Below, one piece after another: positions 12,301 through 24,300 of a stretch of DNA of 64,000 nt. A model generated the notes under the pieces. That model ran no database searches, was not told the DNA's origin, and saw nothing but the letters and a program-made list of their open reading frames with translations. Location: positions 124,001 through 188,000 of the forward strand of contig JAQGDQ010000319.1 of assembly GCA_030141605.1 (NCBI GenBank). The letters are read 5' to 3'. Within the stretch, counting starts at the first letter, position 1. The number at the start of each line of letters is the position of its first letter. The translations under genes and the position numbers were made by a program. This DNA is from Tubiluchus corallicola (taxonomy: Eukaryota; Animalia; Priapulida).

Positions 12301-15300
12301 TAATGCATTGGTAAACAGCATGAATGTTAGCACGTAAATTTCATGCATTGGTAAACAGCATGAATGTTAACACGTAAATTTCATGCATTGGTAAACAGCA
12401 TGAATGTTAACACGTAAATTTCACGCATTGGTAAACAGCATGAATGTTAACACCTAAATTTCACGGATTGGTAAACAGCATGAATGTTAACACGTAATTT
12501 TAATGCATTGGTAAACAGCATGAATGTTAACACGTAATTTTCATGCATTGGTAAACAGCATGAATGTTAACACGTAATTTTCATGCATTGGTAAACAGCA
12601 TGAATGTTAACATGTAATTTTCATGCATTGGTAAACAGCATGAATGTTAACACATAATTTTCATGCATTGATAAACAGCATGAATGTTAACACGTAAATT
12701 TCACGCATTGATAAACAGCATGAATGTTAACACATAATTTTCATGCATTGATAAACAGCATGAATGTTAACACGCAATTTTCATGCATTGATAAACAGCA
12801 TGAATGTTAACATTTGAAATTCACATATAAAGGCATTGAATGTTTTGTGTGTTCATGCTTAGCATATTTAACATTCATAAGTTCATTACAAAGTGTCTCG
12901 ATCCATTCTTGATCTGCGCTTCATTATTCTGTAGTGTGAACAAGCCTTAAATTTATTCTTTTATATCATTTCAGAGCCGTAACGGCTGCAACGTCTGTTC
13001 AAAATAAGCGCTATTATTTCGGCAATCTGGAACTGCGCATGCAACATCTCAAACTGAGCATTATGACGGCTAGTAAGCTACCGATCGACCTCAAAGCAAT
13101 AAAACATCGTGCTGGAATTCCATTGGTCAGATTCGAAGAGGTTGATGTTAATTTGGATCCGTTTGTTTGTGGACATCAGTTTGAGACGAGTGCATTCTTG
13201 TGGGATGCGATACTGAAGCATTACGTACAGGTCCGCAATTGATTTAAATTTCTACTGGAAGTCAGTTTAACTTCATTGTGTTGGGGTCATAGGGAGGGGG
13301 GGCATATTTTAACTTAATTCAAATGAAGTTTCTTTTGGAATGTAAGTGCCATCACCTTTTCAAGAAAGAGATTTCTGCGAAAGTCATGTTTGAAGTTGTA
13401 GATAACTCACTTTGTAGAACCAGAATAAACAACTATACTACATATTTGCACAAAACTGAAAAGTATTTATTAGACTACACACACATATGTAGAATGACTG
13501 CTACACTGAACACTGAGAACAAGAGTGTCATGCACTGATCACTGAGAGTTAGACAGTAAGTAACATGAGTGTCACGACTGCTGCACTACACTGCACTGAG
13601 AGTGTGAGTTAGACAGGTGTGTAGCACGACTGCTGCACTGCACTGAAAGTGTGAGTTAGACAGTAACATGAGTAGAACGACTTCTGCACTGCATTGAGAG
13701 TTAGACAGTGACTAGAAAGTAAATCCAGTCAGTATATATAGGTAGAGGTAACTATGCAAACTAGGCTTCACAAAAACCATTACTGTAAAATAGGGAGAGA
13801 TCCAGTGAATATGCATTCACTGGACCGTACAATTATACTGGGGGTGAGTTTAGCTAGTAAAATGTAAAAGGATTAGTTCATAGATGGCAGCACCTAAAAA
13901 AATATACAATTACAATTTCCACAACTTTGTTGTTTGTCCCCAACAAATGTTATAGAATGGCCAATGGTGTTTTAATGCTTGCATTTTGTAACCCAGTTCT
14001 GTAATTTTTGTGATTTAATAAGTGAGAAGCTGAACAGGACGTGGTCAAATCTGATTATTGATTATTTATTGATTGTTTTAGGAACTGAAAAGTCAAGCTG
14101 CTAAGATTCTGGTGTCCGTGGATTTCCTGGGAAATCCACTCGGTTTTTTCAACGATGTTACAGAGGGTCTGACTGGATTAATTAGTGAAGGCGACGTCGG
14201 TGGACTGCTGAAAAATTTCACGCATGGAGTTTCCAACTCCGCTGCAAAGGTATCCCATGTTTGTAACTCCGCTGCAAAGGTATCCCATGTTTCCAACTCC
14301 TCTGCACAGTTATCCCACGTTTGTAACTCTGCTGCAAAGGTATCCCATGTTTCCAACTCGGTTGCAAAGTTATCCCATGTTTGTAACTCCGGTGCAAAGG
14401 TATATCATGTTTCCAACTCTGCGGCAAAGGTATCCCATGTTTGTAACTCCACTGCAAAGGTATCCCATGTTTCCAACTCTGCTGCAATGGTATCCCATGT
14501 TTGTAACTCCACTGCAAAGGTATCCCAATGTTTCGAACTCTGCTGCAAAGGTATCCCATGTTTGTAACTCTACTGCAAAGGTATCCCATGTTTCCACCTC
14601 CGCTGCAAAGGTATCCCATGTTTGTAACTCTGCTGCGAAGGTATCCCATGTTTCCAACTCCGCTGCAGAGGTATCCCATGTTTCCAACTCTGCTGTTCAT
14701 AAGTAACGAGTCATATTCGGTCACTCGTTGATGTGATGTGATGTGATATTTAATTCCACTTCAAACAACATAAATAAGCTTCCTGAGCTGTGCAGTCTTC
14801 TGCAGTGGTAGGTGACCTCTTCAAAACTCCACTGAGCTCAATTTCTGATGAGAAGGCTGTCATTCCGGGGGGATTTGTCCAGCTGGAGCAAGGTACAAGA
14901 GCAAAGGTTCTTGCACAGTCACTTTCACTGTCATTCAGCTGCAGCAAGGTACAAGAGCGAAGGTTCTTGCACAGTCACTTTCACTGTCATTCAGCTGCAG
15001 CAAGGTACAAGAGCGAAGGTTCTTGCACAGTCACTTTCACTGTCATTCAGCTGCAGCAAGGTACAAGAGCGAAGGTTCTTGCACAGTCACTTTCACTGTC
15101 ATTCAGCTGCAATAAGGTACAAGAGCGAAGGTTCTTGCACAGTCACTTTCACTGTCATTCAGCTGCAATAAGGTACAAGAGGGAAGGTTCTTGCACAGTC
15201 ACTTTCACTCTCATTCAGCTGCACAAGGTACAAGAGCGAAGGTTCTTGCACAGTCACTTTCACTTCTTCAGCTGCAGCAAGGTACAAGAGCGAAGGTTCT

Positions 15301-18300
15301 TGCACAGTCACTTTCACTGTCATTCAGCTGCAGCAAGGTACAAGAGCGAAGGTTCTTGCACAGTCACTTTCACTGTCATTCAGCTGCAGCAAGGTACAAG
15401 AGCGAAGGTTCTTGCACAGTCACTTTCACTCTCATTCAGCTGCAGCAAGGTACAAGAGCAAAGGTTCTTGCACAGTCACTTTCACTCTCATTCAGCTGCA
15501 GCAAGGTACAAGAGCGAAGGTTCTTGCACAGTCACTTTCACTCTCATTCAGCTGCAGCAAGGTACAAGAGGGAAGGTTCTTGCACAGTCACTTTCATTGT
15601 CATTCAGCTGCAGCAAGGTACAAGAGCGAAGGTTCTTGCACAGTCACTTTCATTGTCATTCAGCTGCAGCAAGGTACAAGAGCAAAGGTTCTTGCACAGT
15701 CACTTTCACTGTCATTCAGCTGCAGCAAGGTACAAGAGGGAAGGTTCTTGCACAGTCACTTTCACTCTCATTCAGCTGCAGCAAGGTACAAGAGCGAAGG
15801 TTCTTGCACAGTCACTTTCATTGTCATTCAGCTGCAGCAAGGTACAAGAGGGAAGGTTCTTGCACAGTCACTTTCACTCTCATTCAGCTGCAACAAGGTA
15901 CAAGAGCGAAGGTTCTTGCACAGTCACTTTCATTGTCATTCAGCTGCAGCAAGGTACAAGAGCGAAGGTTCTTGCACAGTCACTTTCACTGTCATTCAGC
16001 TGCAGCAAGGTACAAGAGCGAAGGTTCTTGCACAGTCACTTTCACTGTCATTCAGCTGCAGCAAGGTACAAGAGCAAAGGTTCTTGCACAGTCACTTTCA
16101 CTCTCATTCAGCTGCAACAAGGTACAAGAGCGAAGGTTCTTGCACAGTCACTTTCACTCTCATTCAGCTGCAGCAAGGTACAAGAGCGAAGGTTCTTGCA
16201 CAGTCACTTTCACTGTCATTCAGCTGCAGCAAGGTACAAGAGCAAAGGTTCTTGCACAGTCACTTTCATTGTCATTCAGCTGCAGCAAGGTACAAGAGCG
16301 AAGGTTCTTGCACAGTCACTTTCACTGTCATTCAGCTGCAGCAAGGTACAAGATTTTCATTCATTCAGCTGACAATAAGAGCGAAGGTTCTTGCACAGTC
16401 ACTTTCACTGTCATTCAGCTGCAAAGGTACAAGAGCGAAGGTTCTGCACAGTCACTTTCCTTCATTCAGCTGCAGCAAGGTACAAGAGCGAAGGTTCTTG
16501 CACAGTCACTTTCACTGTCATTCAGCTGCAGAAGGTACAAGAGCGAAGGTTCTTGCAGTCACTTTCACTGTCATTCAGCTGCAGCAAGGTACAAGAGCGA
16601 AGGTTCTTGCACAGTCACTTTCACTGTCATTCAGCTGCAGCAAGGTACAAGAGCGAAGGTTCTTGCACAGTCACTTTCACTGTCATTCAGCTGCAGCAAG
16701 GTACAAGAGCGAAGGTTCTTGCACAGTCACTTTCACTGTCATTCAGCTGCAGCAAGGTACAAGAGCGAAGGTTCTTGCACAGTCACTTTCACTGTCATTC
16801 AGCTGCAGCAAGGTACAAGAGCGAAGGTTCTTGCACAGTCACTTTCACTGTCATTCAGCTGCAGCAAGGTACAAGAGCGAAGGTTCTTGCACAGTCACTT
16901 TCACTGTCATTCAGCTGCAGCAAGGTACAAGAGCGAAGGTTCTTGCACAGTCACTTTCACTGTCATTCAGCTGCAGCAAGGTACAAGAGCGAAGGTTCTT
17001 GCACAGTCACTTTCACTGTCATTCAGCTGCAGCAAGGTACAAGAGCGAAGGTTCTTGCACAGTCACTTTCACTGTCATTCAGCTGCAATAAGGTACAAGA
17101 GCGAAGGTTCTTGCACAGTCACTTTCATTGTCATTCAGCTGCAGCAAGGTAAAGGCAAAGGTTCTTGCACAGTCACTTTCATTGTCATTCAGCTGCAGCA
17201 AGGTACAAGAGCGAAGGTTCTTGCACAGTCACTTTCACTGTCATTCAGCTGCAGCAAGGTACAAGAGCGAAGGTTCTTGCACAGTCACTTTCACTGTCAT
17301 TCAGCTGCAGCAAGGTACAAGAGCAAAGGTTCTTGCACAGTCACTTTCACTCTCATTCAGCTGCAACAAGGTACAAGAGCGAAGGTTCTTGCACAGTCAC
17401 TTTCACTCTCATTCAGCTGCAGCAAGGTACAAGAGCGAAGGTTCTTGCACAGTCACTTTCACTGTCATTCAGCTGCAGCAAGGTACAAGAGCGAAGGTTC
17501 TTGCACAGTCACTTTCACTGTCATTCAGCTGCAGCAAGGTACAAGAGCAAAGGTTCTTGCACAGTCACTTTCATTGTCATTCAGCTGCAGCAAGGTACAA
17601 GAGCGAAGGTTCTTGCACAGTCACTTTCACTGTCATTCAGCTGCAGCAAGGTACAAGAGCGAAGGTTCTTGCACAGTCACTTTCACTGTCATTCAGCTGC
17701 AATAAGGTACAAGAGCGAAGGTTCTTGCACAGTCACTTTCACTGTCATTCAGCTGCAATAAGGTACAAGAGGGAAGGTTCTTGCACAGTCACTTTCACTC
17801 TCATTCAGCTGCAGCAAGTTACAAGAGCGAAGGTTCTTGCACAGTCACTTTCACTGTCATTCAGCTGCAGCAAGGTACAAGAGCGAAGGTTCTTGCACAG
17901 TCACTTTCACTCTCATTCAGCTGCAGCAAGGTACAAGAGCGAAGGTTCTTGCACAGTCACTTTCATTGTCATTCAGCTGCAGCAAGGTACAAGAGCGAAG
18001 GTTCTTGCACAGTCACTTTCACTGTCATTCAGCTGCAGCAAGGTACAAGAGGGAAGGTTCTTGCACAGTCACTTTCACTGTCAGCTGCAGTAAGGTACAA
18101 GAGGGAAGGTTCTTGCACAGTCACTTTCACTCTCATTCAGCTGCAGCAAGGTACAAGAGCGAAGGTTTTTGCACATGTCCTATGTTAAACTTTCCATTAT
18201 TTGTGCTGGCATTTTTAACAATAAGTTTGTTGACTTTAGTTCACAGGTTCTCTAGGCGACATAATCGGTAAAGTGGCTATGGATGACAAGCATGCGGAAT

Positions 18301-21300
18301 TACGGGAAAACATACGTGCTCACAGCGGATCAGGTCGGGAACATTTACAGGCTGGCTTTAAAGGTAAATTCACATTTAAAACTCAGAGTATATCTATGAG
18401 CTTAGACCATAGAGAAAATTTATCTTGTAATTTGTGTATTTTACAATGCTTTGCTTTTTTAGCCATGCAGAAACTATTGAAGCATTTTGTCATAATTCGC
18501 TATCAACTGGTATTTTTTTGTAACGTTGCCTAAACTTGGTTGCTTATGGATTGCGTTATTTGAAGAAATTTGTTGAAAATTGTTTGTTTCATTTAGGTTT
18601 AGGTTACGGAATTCTTGGCGGTATCACCAGCGTGTTTACGCAACCTTACGAGGGAGCGTCTCGTGACGGAGTCGAGGTTTTTACACATTTTCATTTTTCT
18701 TTGAATATTTTTCTTTCAAGTATTTTATTAGGATTACCATTTTTTAAGATGTCCATGAATATTTCTTTATATCTATTAAAATTTCTTGAGGGAATTAAGA
18801 CATATTTTACATACACCTTTCCATCTGTTTATTTTTTGTGAAGTTCACGTATAAAATGGGCAGCTTTTTACCAGCCATATTACCAGCTGTAATCTAACAC
18901 GTTTTCCGGCCTTTCAGAATATTTTTAGCACCATTACATGCATTATATGAATTTTTATGGAACATTTTTATGAAACACACAAGTCATTATTTCATATTTA
19001 ATATTTGCAGTTGGGGAACACATGTTGAATGTCAATAGTCGATAATGTGTCACTACAGCTGAAAACCTTAAATTGTAGACAATTTCATTTGATTGGCATT
19101 TAAGTGGGTGATTGGATGCCGGCAAATTGGTTCTTGGCTGTTTCATCTGTCGTACTGCCTCGTTCACCGGTTCTTGGTTGTTTCATATGTCTTGCTGCCT
19201 CCCTCGCCGGTTCTTGGCTGTTTCATATATCTTTCTGCCTCGCTCGCCAGTTCTTGGCTGTTTCATATGTCTTTCTGCCTCGCTCGCCGGTTCTTGGCTG
19301 TTTCATATGTCTTGCTGCCTCCCTCACCGGTTCTTGGCTGTTTCATATGTCTTTCTGCCTCGCTCGCCGGTTCTTGACTGTTTTATGTGTGATATCTGTG
19401 ATTCCACTCACCTCGTCTCTCATTGAGGAAATATATGCATGTACTAGGTGCTAGTTCTGCCACAACCATCAAGAATATTAGACCTTTTGATGTGCACTGT
19501 ATATCAGCTTAATAAATGTAATATTTCCAAGTTTATATCTTTACTTTTAGGGATTAGTCAGTGGCATGGCAAAAGGTATTATTGGTGTCGTTGCTAAGCC
19601 TACCGCGGGTTTGTTAGACCTCGCTTCCGGTGCAACACATGCTGTCAGCAGAACTAGTCAGAAATCTGGCAAGCACAACTTTAAGGTACGTCTGTTCTTA
19701 GATATAATGTAATTATCTATCGTTTGTCGAGAACTACTTTTTTTGTTCGTTTCACACTTTCGGCGGGCAAAGAAATTATAAACGTAAAACTAAAAACGAA
19801 TCCGTCTTTCAATGTCAGTTGCCGTAAAAGCACTAGGAGTGTTTGCTTCCTGTACAAGGTGTAGGATCAACCTAGATGACATGTGGATATTTGACCGCAT
19901 TTAGACCATCTACGTCTTGTGTCACATCAAGTTGGCAGTGTTTTATATCTATCGTAACAGAATCATGTGCATACACTGTCACGTTAAGTTATTTTTTATT
20001 TAATTTGCATAAAGACAACGATTAGTTACCATCATGTTTTTGGTTTTGTCCCTGTTTACCCCATTTTGTAGCATATATATAAAGTAGAGTCGTAATTTTG
20101 TCATTTTAGAGAGTTCGACTACCCCGATGTTGTGCTACTCCTGGTGGACTACTGGAGAGTTACTCAAGAATTAGAGCAACAGATCAGCAATTTCTTCATG
20201 CTCTGAACAACAATAACTACAGTGAATTGTATGTATTGTGACTATGGTACTTATAACTAGATACAATAACTTCAGTGAATTGTATGTATTGTGACTATGG
20301 TACTTATAACTAGATACAATAACTTCAGTGAATTGTATGTATTGTGACTATGGTACTTTTAACTAGATACAATAACTTCAGTGAATTGTATGTATTGTGA
20401 CTATGGTACTTATAACTAGATACAATAACTTCAGTGAATTGTATGTATTGTGACTACGGTACTTATAACTAGATACAATAACTTCAGTGAATTGTATGTA
20501 TTGTGACTATGGTACTTATAACTAGATACAATAACTTCAGTGAATTGTATGTATTGTGACTATGGTACTTTTAACTAGATACAATAACTTCAGTGAATTG
20601 TATGTATTGTGACTACGGTACTTATAACTAGATGCAATAACTACAGTGAATTGTATGTATTGTGACTACGGTACTTATAACTAGATACAATAACTTCAGT
20701 GAATTGTATGTATTGTGACTACGGTACTTATAACTAGATACAATAACTACAGTGAATTGTATGTATTGTGACTACGGTACTTATAACTAGATACAATAAC
20801 TTCAGTGAATTGTATGTATTGTGACTACGGTACTTATAACTAGATACAATAACTACAGTGAATTGTATGTATTGTGACTACGGTACTTATAACTAGACAA
20901 CTTCAGTGAATTGTATGTATTGTGACTACGGTACTTATAACTAGATACAATAACTTCAGTGAATTGTATGTATTGTGACTACGGTACTTATAACTAGATA
21001 CAATAACTTCAGTGAATTGTATGTATTGTGACTACGGTACTTATAACTAGATACAATAACTTCAGTGAATTGTATGTATTGTGACTACGGTACTTATAAC
21101 TAGATACAATAACTTCAGTGAATTGTATGTATTGTGACTACGGTACTTATAACTAGATACAATAACTTCAGTGAATTGTATGTATTGTGACTACGGTACT
21201 TATAACTAGATACAATAACTTCAGTGAATTGTATGTATTGTGACTACGGTACTTATAACTAGATACAATAACTTCAGTGAATTGTATGTATTGTGACTAC

Positions 21301-24300
21301 GGTACTTATAACTAGATACAATAACTTCAGTGAATTGTATGTATTGTGACTACGGTACTTATAACTAGATACAATAACTTCAGTGAATTGTATGTATTGT
21401 GACTACGGTACTTATAACTAGATACAATAACTTCAGTGAATTGTATGTATTGTGACTACGGTACTTATAACTAGATACAATAACTTCAGTGAATTGTATG
21501 TATTGTGACTACGGTACTTATAACTAGATACAATAACTTCAGTGAATTGTATGTATTGTGACTACGGTACTTATAACTAGATACAGTAACTACAGTGAAT
21601 TGTATGTATTGTGACTACGGTACTTATAACTAGATACAATAACTACAGTGAATTGTATGTATTGTGACTACGGTACTTATAACTAGATACAATAACTACA
21701 GTGAATTGTATGTATTGTGACTACGGTACTTATAACTAGATACAATAACTTCAGTGAATTGTATGTATTGTGACTATGGTACTTTTAACTAGATACAATA
21801 ACTTCAGTGAATTGTATGTATTGTGACTACGGTACTTATAACTAGATGCAATAACTACAGTGAATTGTATGTATTGTGACTACGGTACTTATAACTAGAT
21901 ACAATAACTTCAGTGAATTGTATGTATTGTGACTATGGTACTTTTAACTAGATACAATAACTACACAAGTAGTTTAGTTCCCAGTGTGACGCATGAAGTA
22001 TCACTTTTGAAAGTACTTTTGGAAATATAATGTCATATACGGAAAATTTGGCTTCAATCTGTAGTATTTTCTACTATCAGCCTGTAAAATTTCAGTCTTT
22101 TAAACTGATGTTACCTCTTTGCTGAAATTTAACCTCATTTGCTGCCATTTTGTAATGTCACATGTTTGACAATCGTCCTCTGTCAACGAATCGGGAGTTG
22201 CCCTTCCAAGAAACTTTTCCACTTGCTGCCATTTTGTAATGTCACATGTTTGACAATCTTCCTCTGTCAATGAATCGGGAGTTGCCCTTCCAAGAAACTT
22301 CTCCGTTTGCTGCCATTTTGTAATGTCACATGTTTGACAATCTTCCTCTGTCAATGAATCGGGAGTTGCCCTTCCAAGAAACTTCTCCGTTTGCTGCCAT
22401 TTTGTAATGTCACATGTTTGACAATCTTCCTCTGTCAATGAATCGGGAGTTGCCCTTCCAAGAAACTTCTCCGTTTGCTGCCATTTTGTAATGTCACATG
22501 TTTGACAATCTTCCTCTGTCAATGAATCGGGAGTTGCCCTTCCAAGAAACTTTTCCACTTGCTGCCATTTTGTAATGTCACATGTTTGACAATCTTCCTC
22601 TGTCAATGAATCGGGAGTTGCCCTTCCAAGAAACTTTTCCACTTGCTGCCATTTTGTAATGTCACATGTTTGACAATCTTCCTCTGTCAATGAATCGGGA
22701 GTTGCCCTTCCAAGAAACTTTTCCACTTGCTGCCATTTTATAATGTCACATGTTTGACAATCTTCCTCTATCAACGAATCGGGAGTTGCCCTTCCAAGAA
22801 ACTTCTCCGTTAGCTGGCATTTTATAATGTCACATGTTTGACAATCTTCCTCTATCAATGAATCGGGAGTTGCCCTTCCAAGAAACTTCTCCCTTTGCTG
22901 CCATTTTGTAATGTCACATGTTTGACAATCTTCCTCTATCAACGAATCGGGAGTTGCTCTCCCAAGAAACTTCTCCATTTGCTGCCATTTTGTAATGTCA
23001 CATGTTTGACAATCTACCTCTGTCAATGAATCGGGAGTTGCCCTTCCAAGAAACTTCTCCGTTTGCTGCCATTTTGTAATGTCACATGTTAGACAATCTT
23101 CCTCTATCAATGAATCGGGAGTTGCTCTACCAAGAAACTTCTTTTTGATACGGTTCCAGATGACAAGACCGGACACTTTTTCTGAAACATGTCATCATTG
23201 GTGCTGTTCCTGGATATTTTAGAAAACTCGCTTACTGTCGGTTTTAAAATGACAAGATCTGGTTTGGTGTTTTTTCAAAATTATCTCAAGAACAACGACA
23301 GAATGGTGAGCTCATAGGTGCAGCCAGGGTCAGACCTGGGTAAAAATAGTTGTTGTTTTTTTGCATCACTCTCTTTAACTGTCTTTTAGCTTTGATTATT
23401 TTTGAGTCTTGTTACATCATTGCTTATTTATTGTTTTTTACAATAATCAATTAGTCTTAATTTGGGTCCTCTGTTAACGTAGATAATTCTCATGATTTCT
23501 AATTCACTCCTTAGGTTGATAGCTTATGAGGAATTTGGTGGACAGTCGAGGCAAGTTCACTGTCTTGTGTCCAGTGAAATGGTTTACTTCATACACGGCA
23601 ATCAGCAGGTGCCCGATGTGTTCTTAAAAGTGCCGTTATCGCAGTTGAAACATTGTAATCCCGTGTCGGTGAAACAGCGCGGCGGCTCTTACAAATACTA
23701 CATCAGTAAGTTTATTACTTTGTGTTCATTTTCGTTAATTGGCACACTGGTTGTTTGAGCATTCGACGTTACCTTGGTGACAATTGTAAAACGTTTTGCT
23801 ATCTGTTAACTAGAAACAGTAAAACGGTGTCCGAGCTGATACGTGTAGTTACTGTATGTTTGTCATTTGGTCTTGGTGGTCAGTGTTGCCTTAGATGAAG
23901 ATTGTAAGAGGCTTTATAGTTTATAATTGGAACCGGCAAGTTTTGGACAGGTCACCTCATCAGATTTAAAGTTTACAGCATTAGACATGTACTGTGGATG
24001 CGCCCAGTCCTGGCAAAGAAGCATGAAAAGATTACCATTGAATTGTGGGATAGACCTGAAATTTATTGAAATAACAGCCCAGTCCTAGCAAAGGAACATC
24101 AAAAGATTGCCATTGAATTGTGGGATAGACCTGAAATTTATTGAAATAACAGCCCAGTCCTGGCAAAGAAACATCAAAAGATTGCCATTGAATTGTGAGA
24201 TAGACCTGAAATTTATTGAAATAACAGCCCAGTCCTGGCAAAGAAACATGAAAAGATTGCCATTGAATTGTGGGATAGACCTGAAATTTATTGAAATAAC

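Noticed and set aside
14790-18271. 971-aa and overlapping long ORFs (HSHFHCHSAAARYK repeats)
   Set aside because: The 56-bp unit is stop-free on +, so all three frames stay open. It lies inside a VPS13D intron and shows no codon-level constraint.
22100-23176. 358-aa minus-strand ORF with CxxC repeats
   Set aside because: Translation of an 84-bp minisatellite in a VPS13D intron; no unique domain, splice or promoter support.
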